Positions 27,582-40,438 of a DNA stretch of 64,000 nucleotides are shown one piece after another. This DNA comes from Octopus vulgaris (Eukaryota): contig OX597815.1 of NCBI GenBank assembly GCA_951406725.2, positions 174,158,001-174,222,000 on the forward strand. Direction: 5' to 3'. Made by a program: the position numbers and the translations under genes. Each line of letters begins with the position of its first letter. The stretch's first letter is position 1. The notes beneath the pieces were generated by a model, which searched no databases, was not told where the DNA came from, and was given only the letters and a program-made list of their open reading frames with translations.

Positions 27582-27971
27582 AGAAATCCCATACTTTGGC
27601 GGGCAGGAAAAAGTTGAAGGGAGTCTCCTGATGGACCATTTAACTGTTGACTGGTCCTCAGAGATGTACTCAGTTTCCTTCCTCAATTAAGAGTATAGAA
27701 TTTTTAGCTTCTGTATAAAGAAGTCAAAACTTATCTTACCACTGTAGTTTATACCTTAATTTGCATATTTATTCTTTTAACATCTCAAAATTAGTTAAGC
27801 AATATATATTTTATTCACACAAAACAACACAAATCACACAGGTTGAAATAAATTTAAATCTTGAACACTTGACTTACAGTGAACATTTGACTTACAGATA
27901 CAATCCAACTAGTGTCCTTATCTGCTGTTTCTGTCTACTCAATTTCACTTGAAAGGCTTGAAGTGATCAGA

Positions 27972-28230
27972 GTGGAGGTGTATGGCAGATTAGCGGTTAG
28001 GCTGTTGAAATCATGATCATAAGATTGTGGTTTTGATTCCTGGACTTGGCAATACATTGTGTTCTTGAGTAAAACACTTCATTTCATGTTACTCCAATCC
28101 ACTCAGCTGGAAAAAGTGAGGAATCTCGTGAAGGACTGCCATCCCATCAAGAGGGAATATATATGCTTCAGAAAATGGGAAACCATCCTTATGATTCTAT
28201 ATGACTCAGGAAGGCAATTTATCCTTTTTT
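27972..28230 (+). mobile_element. Older copy of the tRNA-SINE family at 59600/62832
   Basis: catgatcataagattgtggttttgattcctgga..tgtgttcttgagtaaaacacttcatttc. Confidence 0.7.
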
Positions 28231-29029
28231 CTTTTTTTTTTCTTTTTTAAGTAATCAGAGGCTGCTCAAGATGTATGGTGTAATTGAAACTAAGACCTTG
28301 TGATTGTGAAGCAAACCATTCAACCATGCTGGGGTAAACATTCACTTCACTAACTTGGTTTCTAGGTGAAATAAATGTTATCACATATATATATTTCTCC
28401 TCTTTTCCTGTAACCTCACTTGAGTTGAAATGTAATAGAAATTCAATATTTTGTCAGTAGCAAAGTCAATAAGCACACAAAAGGTATTATGACATTTCTG
28501 GCAGACTGGTGATGCTTTAACACATCTTTTATAAGCATATAGACAAATAATATATAGAGTGGACAGCTTAAATGGATTATTCTAAACAGTATTAGTAGTA
28601 GTAGTATTTGGAATTGGGTGGGGTAGAAGACCAGCCAGTGCCAATGGTAAGAGCTGACAACATTCATTCAACACAGAAACCAACTAAGGCTAGTTAATCT
28701 TTAGTCCAGTATATTAATCAAAATATACACATAATACAATGAATAAAACAAAGGAGAAACAATATTTATTTGATGGGTCAGTTTTACTTGAATTGGAAAT
28801 GGGACTGAAGTGGTAAAAACACATGAAGCTAGAGGATAAGAATCAAATAAATAAATTAATTAATTAATAGAAATTTCAAATGAATTCATTAAGTCTAATT
28901 TGAAATATCTTGCACTCACAAATTTATGATTATTCATTATGGTATTTTATTTATTTTCAAGTAATCCTTATGCCAGAGGAGTTGATTCAGCACTGTGGCA
29001 TACCCTGTGACAACAAGCACCATACACCA

Positions 29030-30000
29030 TTACCACTCCATCACTCCATTCTCTAACATACACATCACTCTATCCACCAGTATACACATTACTCTGTTCC
29101 CTAATATACACATCATTCCATCCACCAGCATATACTTAACTCCATTCTTTAATATACACATCATTCCATGCACTAGTATACATATAACTCCATTCTCTAC
29201 AATACATATCACTCTATTCTCTAATATACACATCATTCTGTTCTCTAATATGCACCTCACTCTATTCCCTAATATATACAACACTCCATCTGAATATATA
29301 TATATAGGGTAAAGACCCCCTTCGGTCATGTGTGACCATGGGTTTGCACCTAGAGAGTTACCCTCTGAGGCACAAGTCTGGGCAAGGTTGTCCAAGGGAA
29401 AGACAAAGGTCGATACAGCTTGGCACCAGTGACGTCGCAACTCATTTCTACAGCTGAGTGAGCTGGAGCAACGTGAAAATAAAGTGCTTTGCTCAAGAAC
29501 ACAACACGCAGCCCGGTCCGGGATTCGAACTCACAACCTCACAATCGTAAGCTCGACGCTCTAACCACTGAGCCATGCGCCTCCACTGAGCCATGCGCCT
29601 CCACTGAGCCATACGCCTTTTGTGAGCTCGAATCCCGGATGGGGCTGCGTGTTGTGTTCTTGAGCAAGGCACTTTATTTCACGTTGCTCCAGTTCACTCA
29701 GCTGTAGAAATGAGTTGCGACGTCACAGGTGCCAAGCTGTATCGGCCCTTGCCTTTCCCTTGGACAACATCGGTGACGTGGAGAGGGGAGGCCGGTATGC
29801 ATGGGCGACTGCTGGTCTTCCATAAAAAACAACCTTGCCCAGACTTGTGCCTCAGAGGGTATCTCTCTAGGTGCAAACCCATGGTCAGTACCTGACCGAA
29901 GGGGGTCTTTACCCTTTATATATATATAACTCCATTTTTTAATACACATCACATCCTTTTTTTTACAATACAATCTTTCTTTATTCTCTAACATTACACC
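29030..30000. repeat. 24-bp minisatellite (atacacatcactccattctctaat) interrupted by an inverted SINE pair
   Basis: Repeated units 29030-29290, resuming ~29925-30000. Confidence 0.8.
29306..29915. mobile_element. Head-to-head inverted pair of a tRNA-derived SINE
   Basis: 29306-29536 is the reverse complement of 29620-29915 apart from a ~65-bp deletion; A box tggctcagtgg and B box gttcgaatcc on the minus copy. Confidence 0.9.
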
Positions 30001-30839
30001 ATGGTGTATATATTTCAAGTTAAACTTGGAGTATTGTGCAAGAGGGAGACTCAGAAAAATGTGAGATGAAGTAGTAAATTCAACCTCAGGTTGAGCCTCA
30101 AGGAGAAGTTGACAAAGGACCATAATGAATGATGATTCATTGTACTCAAGAAGACCTGGCCATCTAAGTAAAAATGAGATCCAAAAAGCATATTGTCAAT
30201 ATCTATTCTCTCCACTGTACTCAATCTGTACATGTTGAGCCTTCCCAGCTATTCATCTTTATAACACCCACCCTGCTTCACCCCTTTTACTGTGGTACTA
30301 TTGCTCAGCTGCTGTAATAATATGAAAGCAGAACTGCACATGTTCCTTCCTCCATTTTGTGCAATCTGTAACCCCTCTTCTTGAACCCAGTCCCCTTGCC
30401 ACCCATCTTGCTCTCCTAAAATCACCATTTACCACTGAACACCCATTCAATCTGAATTCTGTAGCCCAAGGCTGACCAAAACCTTTGTGACATTTAGTTG
30501 ACAGAAATTGAAAGAAGCATTCCTGCATGTATATATGTGTGTGTGTGTGTGTATCTATAGATATGTATGTGTATGTGTGCATACATATGCATAAGTATGC
30601 ATGTGTCTGTGCATTTATACTTCTCCAAATGTCTTTGAGTCACAAGCAGTGTTGTTGTTGTCATTTTCTAGTCAATAAATTGCCTGCTTTGTGCTTTTGG
30701 AAGCATATGGAAATATGAGATTTTTAACTAGCAAAACAGGCAAGGGTTAACAAGTGAGGACATCTAGCTACAAACAATGTCTTAATTAGTTTTTCAAATA
30801 ACCCATGCTAGCATGGAGAATGGCTGTGAAAACAAACGA

Positions 30840-31104
30840 AGACAGACAGATAGATAGATAATTATTAGATAGAGTGGTAGATAGGAAGGCAGATAGATAG
30901 AGAAGTAGACAGAAAGACAGACAGACAGGCAGACTGACAGACAGACAGAAGGATAGATAGATTGACAGACAAGCAGATAGATAGATAGGTAGATAGAGAG
31001 ATAGAGAGATAGATAGAGAGAGAGAGATAGGTAGATAGAGAGAGAGAGAGAGAGATAGACAAGCAGATTGATAGATAGATGAATAGATAGATAGATAGAT
31101 AGAG

Positions 31105-31141
<37 letters not shown>

Positions 31142-31277
31142 TTGATTGATTGATTGATTGATAGATAGAGACAATAATTAGAGACAGTGTTAGGTAGGAA
31201 GGTAGACAGACAGACAGACAGACAGATCAACCAACAGACCAACAGACAAACAGAAAAACAGATAGATAGATAGATAA

Positions 31278-31370
<93 letters not shown>

Positions 31371-31380
31371 TTGATAGATT
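30840..31380. repeat. (TAGA)n/(CAGA)n/(GA)n microsatellite
   Basis: Direct reading. Confidence 0.95.
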
Positions 31381-31839
31381 GTTGCATAATACATCATTTT
31401 TTTTTCGGTTTGTGTGTGTGTTCTTGTAAAAAAACATGAGAGCTAATGTATGCATGCAGTAGAAATGGTAGCATTGAAATTGGGAAGTAGTCTTTTACTT
31501 TGCATCATTCTTGAAATTCTTTATAAAGAATTTTTTAATAGAGTATCAGAATGAAACAAGCTCAAATATTTTTTTGTTTAAAATGATTGTAGGAGGGGAA
31601 ATATGTGTAATATTTGTCTGAGGCAGTGTTTACAGTTTCTTATTGGATTTCTAATTGATATTACATCACTCATTTCTGTTATATATCTGCAAACTGTAAG
31701 GAATTGATTGTCATGAATCAATATCCAAGTTTCTAACTGTAAAGAAAATAATTTTGTTTCTATCTGCAGCAGTAGCAGTTGCAATGTGCGTTAACAACTG
31801 TTTCTCAATTTCGTAATGATTATTAGACTGAGAGGTCTT

Positions 31840-32220
31840 TGACACGTAGGTGCCCGTACCATGTGATATGCACTCATGCCGGTGCTGTATAAAGTGGACT
31901 TGTGCCAGTACCACATAAAAGGACTTCATGCCAGTGTCACATTACTCGTGCTGATGTCACATGAAAAGCACTTGTGCCAGTCCCCTTGTAAAAAGCACTT
32001 GTGCCAATCCCCTAGTAAAAAGCACTTATACAAGTGTCATGAAAGAGCACCCATGCTGGTAGCACATAAAAAGCACCCAGCACACTGTAAAGTGGTTGGC
32101 ATTAGGAAGGGCATCTGGTCATAGAAACCATGCTGAAACAGACAATTGGAGTCTGGACAGCTCTCCGGTTCTCCAGCTCCTGTCAAACTGTCTTATGATG
32201 ATGATGATAATGATGATGAT
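31840..32220 (+). mobile_element. Older RTE-type 3' end with short tandem units
   Basis: aaaagcacttgtgcca repeats, agtggttggcattaggaagggcatc, (gat)n tail. Confidence 0.65.
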
Positions 32221-32421
32221 ATGCATGTAAGTGTGTGTGCATTTATGTGTTGGAAAGAGAGAGCGAGAGAGGGAGTGAGAGGGAAGGAAAGAGTGTGTGT
32301 GTGTTAGAGAGAGAGAGAGAGAGAGTGTGTGTGTGTGTGTGTGTGTGCATGATTATGTCTGTGTCTGTGTGTATGTGTGTGCGTGTGTCTGTGTCTGTCT
32401 GTGTATGTATCTGTTTGTGAG

Positions 32422-32478
<57 letters not shown>

Positions 32479-32962
32479 GTGCATGTGTGTGTGTGTGTTT
32501 GAGATGATTAAGAAGTTCATTTCACTACCATGAAGTCCCACTGTGTAGCATCATGGGCAAATGTCATTTTCAATAGCCTTGGATGATGTTGTACATCATC
32601 CTTTTGCTGCTTGTTGTTTTATCTGTGTTCATGATAATCATCATGATAAATTATAATTTATTATCAATTTGGCAGACATCAGCATGGATTACCAAATAAT
32701 TTGCTTGCTGAATTCTATAAACAACAATCACTATTCTTGTTAGATACAGTGATCTGGGATGTAGCTTTGACTGAAGAGACACAGTCAGGTTGAGATATAA
32801 GTATCATAAAGTCCTCCTATATCAATGAATCAAAGAAGCAATTGTGCTGACAACACACAGCATCAGAAGGGAGGTCTTCTCTGAAAGTAAAATACAACAA
32901 TGATTAACGTATATATAGTCAAATCACGGGAAGCATATTAAGAATGAATGTGTACATGATCG

Positions 32963-32995
<33 letters not shown>

Positions 32996-33418
32996 GGACG
33001 ACATGTGGATAGAGAGGGGAGAAGTAATGAATATGTTTAAATGAGGAGAGATGTCTCTTCTTCCATCTCTATCCACTTAATACTACCAGTACATTCTCAA
33101 ATTTTCATTCACACCACAAGACTCCTTTGAATGAACAGCACATGGAAGCTATGTCTCTACACTTTCCATTTGTAATGTCAAAATATGAACTCCTATTAGA
33201 ATTTACATACCACAGAGAAGAAGCATTCTTACCACTTCTACACACCACTTTCCTTGGATAATAGAACTACAACTATACATCTTTACATATTTTTATTTTT
33301 ATTTATATTTCTCCATTCATTCTCCTTTTTCCCTATACACTCCTTATTTCTCCTTCCTTTTCCAAAATAACTCCTTATATTGAACTCTAATATTTCCCTC
33401 TATTTAACCATCTCACAT

Positions 33419-33466
33419 CGTCTCTGATGAAGGGATATCCCTAATATCCCAGGAACAGCAGTAACT
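33419..33466 (+). ncRNA. Degenerate type I hammerhead in a probable PLE 3' remnant (~33050-33600)
   Basis: CTGATGA-agggatat..atatccca-GGAAC-agca-GTA; stem II 7 bp intact, GAAA mutated, stem I partner lost. Confidence 0.5.
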
Positions 33467-33731
33467 TTCTCTTTATAAACGTCCTGAAAATTCCACACAG
33501 CCTTGACTTTGTAGTCTCATTTTATTTAACATATACATTCTCATACAAGACCCACAGTAGGTAATCTCAAATGAGATTATTCTTAATATTTCTCTCAAAC
33601 AGTGAAGATAGCAATGAAGAAAACAATATTGCTACAGTATCATTATCAAACCAAGAGTTTAACAACAGTCCTCCATAGCGCTTACATAGAATTACCTACC
33701 ACCTCATGTCTTGCAGATACAAATACCTATC

Positions 33732-33778
<47 letters not shown>

Positions 33779-33821
33779 CAGAGAGAGAGAGAGAGGGAGA
33801 GAGAGAGAGGGAGAGAGAGAG

Positions 33822-33859
<38 letters not shown>

Positions 33860-34539
33860 ATGCACCAATTGATTTTTGTATTCATCATCAGCATCATTAT
33901 TGTCATCAGCATCATTATTGTCATCATCATCATTGTTTTATATGTCCATTTTAACCTTGCTTGCATGGATCAGATGCAATTTATTGACAGGTACACTTTC
34001 TAAGGCTGGATATGTTTATATGCAAGACTGGATATGAACAACAACACATGGATGACTTTGAAGCTCATTTACAATTATTGCACAATGTCAAGACAAGGTG
34101 ACACAAGCACACACCCACACTTTCCTACACAACAGTTTTCTTTGAGCTTCCATTTATGAAATCCACTCACAAGGCATTAGTTAATCGGGGCTATAAAAGA
34201 AGTTCTTGCCCAAAGTGACAATAATGGGACTGAACCTGAAACCAGGGGCATGAGAAGCAAAAAAGAGTGTGAAACTGCAAGGACTTTCCAGACACTGACT
34301 GAAGAGGAAATTGGCTGCAAATGATTCACCTATCTTGTTTTTGTCATGCTTACCATTTGTTATGTTATCGTCTATTTTTCCTGCATGTTGTGTTTTGTAG
34401 GATTTCTGCTTGTGTTCTTTCTGTCCTACCTTTGATTTATACATGTGTATGTATATGTATATATATATATATATTTTATTTTTATCTAGTTTCAGCTCAC
34501 AAGCTGTGGTCATGCTGGGGCACCGCCATTAATATAATG

Positions 34540-34599
34540 TTCCCATGCCGGGAATCAAACCCGGGCCGCCTGGGTGAAAGCCAGGAATCCTAACCACTA
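34540..34599 (-). pseudogene. 5'-truncated tRNA-Glu(TTC) copy
   Basis: Minus strand TAGTGGTTAGGATTCCTGGCTTTCACCCAGGCGGCCCGGGTTTGATTCCCGGCATGGGAA follows the metazoan tRNA-Glu(UUC) body; first ~12 nt replaced by (TA)n, T-loop TTC reads TTT. Confidence 0.85.
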
Positions 34600-34609
34600 T
34601 ATATATATA

Positions 34610-35054
34610 TAATAATAATAATAATATTAGGGAGTATAACTCCAAATTTACAGGGAAAAAATTCAATTTAGTATTAAATCAAATTTCACAATATCATCAT
34701 CATCATCGTTTAGCGTCATATAAATTAGATAAAACCCACTATTATGTAATTCAAACAATGATAGACGTAAATCATATCATATAGAAAAAACAAAATATAT
34801 GATAAAACATTTCCCTAGATCACAATAAAGTACATAATAATAAATAAACAATATATAATTAGTATAACACAATAAAGTACATAATAATAAACAGTATATA
34901 ATTAGTATACATACTAATTATATACTGTTTATTATTATGTACTTTATTGTGATCTAGGGAAATGTTTTATCATATATTTTATTTTTTCTATATGATATGA
35001 TTTACATCTATCATTGTTTGAATTACATATTAGTGGTTTTTATCTAATTTATAT
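34610..35054. mobile_element. Fold-back made of two inverted PLE-like 3' ends
   Basis: 34718-34908 and 34911-35054 form a near-perfect palindrome; the terminal motif tgtttgaattacatattagtggtttttatctaattt resembles the end of the 37031-38085 element. Confidence 0.7.
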
Positions 35055-35145
35055 ATATGTATGTATGTATGTATGTAAGTATGTATGTATGTATGTATGT
35101 ATTTATTTATGTATGTATGTATGAAATAAATGCACACACACACAG

Positions 35146-35177
<32 letters not shown>

Positions 35178-36345
35178 ACACACACACATATATATAAGAA
35201 AGAAAAGAGACAAACAGTAGACAGCAAAGCCAATTTTGAATTGCTTGATTTCTGACAGGATAGCTTTTAATTTACAAATCAAAATGGCATATTCCATGCT
35301 TATAACTATCTTCTTACGAGAGGAGTAAGGAATATGTATTAGAGAAAATATAGCCTAGGGAATAAAAGATGTGTGTCTGGGCAGGGTCAAGAATGTTAAT
35401 TATTGTTAATAAAGTATACATGTAGGTAGTTAGTGAATCTTAAAAAGGGAGATTTTTTGTCTCTAGAAGAGAATGTAAGATATGAGAATTATCAGAATGT
35501 TGAAGTGGTTTGAATGAGTAAAGCAAGCCATGGGGATAAAGACAGTATATAAAAGGGATAACTATGTTGATGATAGGAAGGATGAAAGGTGGTGAAGCTA
35601 ATTTCAATGGTTTTGAGTATTTGCTAAAACAGGCTTAATACTACAGTTCTGGATGGTGACTTCAGTATAGAAGATACAGGGATATATAAAAGCAGAGATA
35701 TAAAACATTTTACAACCTATAAATGCCAAAAAGAGAATAGGTTAAGATAGTGTGATATATACAATCAGACTGAATCAAGGGTGGAAGAGATTACAGTAAG
35801 GATAGATACTATTTAATAACAGTAATTGTAAAATAGTAGAGTTTAGTAGAGCATGATAAAAATGAAAGGTGAGAAGAAAAGAGAGAAGAAGAGAAAGAAA
35901 GATAAAGGATTGGACATCAGAAACATAAAACAGTGTATCACATTTGAAATTAGAGGAAAATGGGAATGTGACTACGTGCTCTAAATTGAAAGCTGGAATG
36001 CTAGCTGGTGCTTGTGGCAATTAAATTTGTATGGTAGGTTAAAAGGCCCATCTCAGTATAACAAGACAAAATTGCTAGTGAAGCAAGAAAAGATGCTTGG
36101 AGTAAAATGTGAAATGAAAAGAAATCAGTTGGTATAAAATGAGGATAAAACAAATGTTGACAATGACTATACAGCAATTTAATAAAATGACTGATAATCA
36201 GATTGATTGTGGAGGGAAAAATTTGTTTCACAGAGAAAAAGCAAGCTGCAAAACAAATCAATGGTATGGACAATATAAAATATCTAAAGAGTGATTAAGA
36301 GGAAACTATAATAGAAGTGGAGTGATATACATGTATATATATATT

Positions 36346-36394
<49 letters not shown>

Positions 36395-37030
36395 TAATAT
36401 ATGAGAAGATTATGGAAGAAAGTCGATGAATGAAAATAGCGGAAAGAGATTAAATGAAAATGATGAGAAAAGATCTGTGTAGAAAGATTGATGGAGACGA
36501 GATCAAGTAGTTAATGTTATAATTAAAGAGTAGGAGTGCTGACAAGAGCTGTTAGAGAAATGTTAAAAGTTGTAGGGAAGACAGGTGTGAAATAACTATC
36601 TAGATTATGCAATCGAGCTTTGAAAGATTCATACCAGATGTTTGAAAGAGTAACTTTGTAATACTTAATTTTTAAAATGAAGATCTTCGTTATCATTTCA
36701 GATGAATTGATGGATAGGAGGGGAGTCTTTCAATTTGATTCTGGTATTTTTCTTTTACACAGAAATAGAAAGGTAAATGATGTTACTACTGAACCGAGCA
36801 AATAATAACTTCTATATTCCATAGGTGCCAGTGTAGCTGTGTATTGGTAAGAAGCTTGCTTCCCAATCACATGATTCTGGGTTCAGTTCCACTGTATGGG
36901 ACCTTGGGCAAGTGTCTTCTGTTATAGCCTCAGGCCAACCAAAGCTTTCAGATGGGAACTGAAAGAAGCCTGTCATATTTCTATATGTATGTATATATGT
37001 ATGTATGTATATATATATATATATATATAT

Positions 37031-38076
37031 AATAATAAATATTAGGGAATAAATCCAAATTAGTGTATTGCAGTGTGCATACGTTTATGTATGAGTGATT
37101 GTATGTGTGTGTGTGCGAGTATGCATAATTAATGTGTAGAAATATAGGGCTGCATTTAAAACTTATCCGTGTCTATATGTATTTGTGTATGTATAGATAT
37201 ATATGTGTGTGTGTGTTTGTTTACGTATTTATATATGTTTATTACATACATATAGTATATAGTATTTAATACTATTTTACTAAGAATGAAATATTTTATA
37301 AGTATGTGGTTGAGTATCTGCGGCTACTGGATGTTATTTCTCCTCTGTGTTAGTGTCTTGCTGAGAGTATATGTTTATGAATGAGTGATTGTATGTGTGT
37401 GTGTGAGTATGCATAAGTAATGTGTAGAAGTATAGGGCTGCATTATAAATATATCTGTGTCTATATGTATATGTGTATGTATAGATATATATATATGTGT
37501 GTGGGTTTGTGTACGTATTTAGATATATACATACATGTATATATGTGCATGAGCATGTGTATATATATTTTTTGTTTTTTGAAATTAGCTATTTCATCTT
37601 TAAATATGAGAAATTAAATATATTAGGTTTTCATTATATACAATCGTTTATAGTTTATTTTAGATCTTGATTATAATATTTATATATATTTTCATTGATA
37701 ATTTATATATATTAGTCATTTCAAATATCTATTTAAGTAGATATAGACTAAAATGAATATTAGAATATGGATTTTCTACCTTATAAATTAAAGTTAATAT
37801 TTAACATTATAGTCGATTTCGATATAATCATATTTAATAATAGAGTTTATTATAAGTAAATTTTTATTTAGATTATATAGATTATTTATATCTTAAAAAT
37901 ATTGATTATATTTTAGGTTTTGAAACCACCTGAAGAATGTCTCAAATATGTGCTGACACGAAACGATCGTAGTGGTTATTTATAATTGTTAAATTTTAAT
38001 TTATATAAATTATTTTATGTATTGGCTTAAGTCTTTCTTTGTTTGATTTGCATAATAGTGTTTTGTCTCTAATTTA

Positions 38077-38085
<9 letters not shown>
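37031..38085 (+). mobile_element. AT-rich hammerhead-bearing PLE-like element between (TA)n tracts
   Basis: Left end aatattagggaataaatccaaatt resembles 34623-34650; internal direct repeat ~37080-37240 / ~37370-37530; hammerhead at 37924. Confidence 0.65.
37924..37977 (+). ncRNA. Minimal type I hammerhead ribozyme
   Basis: aaccac-CTGAAGA-atgtc..gacac-GAAA-cgatcg-TA-gtggtt; stem I 6 bp, palindromic stem III ACGAUCGU, GUA triplet; A10.1/C11.1 mismatch. Confidence 0.85.
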
Positions 38086-38171
<86 letters not shown>

Positions 38172-38175
<4 letters not shown>

Positions 38176-38363
38176 CAAACTAAAGTTATTGAACAAACAA
38201 AGGCAAGGTCATCCGCATATCATTTCATAATTCGAACATTTAATCATAGAATATACATATAAACATCTGTATAAATATGTATATTCTATGAGTAAATGTT
38301 CGAATTATGAAATGATATGCAGATGACCTTGCCTTTGTTTGTTCAATAACTTTAGTTTGATAT
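38172..38363. repeat. 89-bp near-perfect inverted repeat, 14-nt loop
   Basis: Arms 38172-38260 and 38275-38363 with 2 mismatches by eye; flanked by (TA)n. Confidence 0.92.
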
Positions 38364-38451
38364 TTTTGTCTCTTTCAATAGAGCACTTCTATAGCAGTCC
38401 TATTAATCTTTTTGTTCCTGACAAGAAACAATCACTGTATTATTGATATTG

Positions 38452-38651
<200 letters not shown>

Positions 38652-39228
38652 CTTTGTGTCTATGTTTGTCCCCCATCACTTAACAACCAATGTAGGTGTG
38701 TTTATGTCCCCATAAGTACTGAGCTTAAAAAATAAGTCTTGGGGTCAATTTACTCGACTAAAACCCTTCAAAGTGGTGCTCCAGCATGGCCACAGTCAAA
38801 TGACTGAAACGGGTAAAAGAATTAAAAAAATAAAGACTTCCTCTGATTCCTGTTAGGCAGGCATTCCTGCTGAACAATATGAAATGTGGGTAAATAAAAA
38901 TTTGTTTACAAATTTATGTTGTCACAAAGAAAAAAATTGAAAAAGTAGTCAGAAAAATTCGTTTGTATTCTGAAATATAAATTTTCTTCAAGTATAGTCA
39001 TTCATAAATAAATTTTTGTATCTGACAAATACCAGTCTTATCATCCCAGATATGTATTAATAAATCAGGAAAGTGGGTTAAGCTAAAACCAAAAGGTGTG
39101 GCTTAAATACTGTACACCAAGCAGAATCCACATTACTAGCAATTATTTAGCTGCCTTATATTTTATGAACACCATGAAACGTCCTCGCGTTGTTGTGTTT
39201 TCTCTTTGTGTTTTCATGTTTGGATTAA

Positions 39229-39309
<81 letters not shown>

Positions 39310-39683
39310 CATATATACACACATATATACACACATATATATATCTATATATATGTATATATATATATATATATTTATGATTTATATCCAGCTGTAAAAA
39401 CTATACCAAAACAGGCAAAAGACCTTGGTACAGGTCTCTGGCTTGCCAACTCTTGTCAAACAATTCAATCTATACCAGCATGGAGAACAGATGTTAAACG
39501 ATGATGATTATATATATATATATATTTATAGGTACAGGCATGGCTGTGTGGGAAGAAGTTTCTTTCCCAACCACATGGTTCTAGATTCAGTCCCACTACA
39601 TGGCACTTTGGGCAAGTATCTTTACTATACCCCTTCCTCTGAAATTGCTGGCCTTGTGACAAAATTTGAAAGCATTATTATTT

Positions 39684-39748
<65 letters not shown>

Positions 39749-40285
39749 GAGTAAGAGAGCAGTGCATGCCATCAAAGTGACCCTGGGGTAAAATATACGA
39801 AGCCCAGTATACCCATCATGACTACCCGTCTGATAAGAGTACACTAGGCACATGCATCACAACCATATGTGCGCAACATGGTGATCTCATATCAAGATAA
39901 ACAGCACATGACCTTGCAGGTGGGGCCTAGTTAGAATTTTCTTCTGGTCGAGTAACCCATCCTGCTCAAAAGGTCCCTGAATAAGGGTTGTTTAAGGGTG
40001 TTAAACGAAACACCCATGTTTCCAGAGGTGAATTATTCAAACCCCAAAGAATCTCTCTCAACACATGGCTATGATGCTCCCCCACTACTTCTGCTCATGA
40101 TTAGAGATGCACATGTCGTCAGCTACTAAGGGACATGCTCAACTGGTTAAGGTCAAACAACTGACAAGCAAATCTGTGGTATTGAGCAGAATACTTGCTG
40201 TAGCCCATCTTTTATACCAAGACAAAACAATGTACATGATAACACTTCCAATCAGTTAAGATCAGAAGCCACGAGAGCCACTCTC
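39749..40285 (-). mobile_element. ~535-bp non-coding insert within an (AAT)n tract, possibly the 3' end of a microsatellite-targeting LINE
   Basis: GC-richer block flanked directly by (att)n at 39675-39748 and 40286-40437; strand and family are inferred. Confidence 0.45.
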
Positions 40286-40381
40286 ATTATTATTTTTATT
40301 ATTATTATAATTATTATCATAATTATTATTATTATTATTATTATTATTATAATTATTATTATTATAATTATTATTATTATA

Positions 40382-40437
<56 letters not shown>

Positions 40438-40438
<1 letters not shown>

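Noticed and set aside
28590-28646. 57-nt symmetric exon candidate (LVVVVFGIGWGRRPASAN|gtaaga)
   Set aside because: Poor polypyrimidine tract and no supporting evidence.
32780-32905. Strong minus-strand splice acceptor, and a CTGAAGA on the plus strand
   Set aside because: All frames close quickly; no stem II/GAAA for a hammerhead.
34292-34315. CTGAAGAgGAAA
   Set aside because: No room for stem II and no stems I/III.
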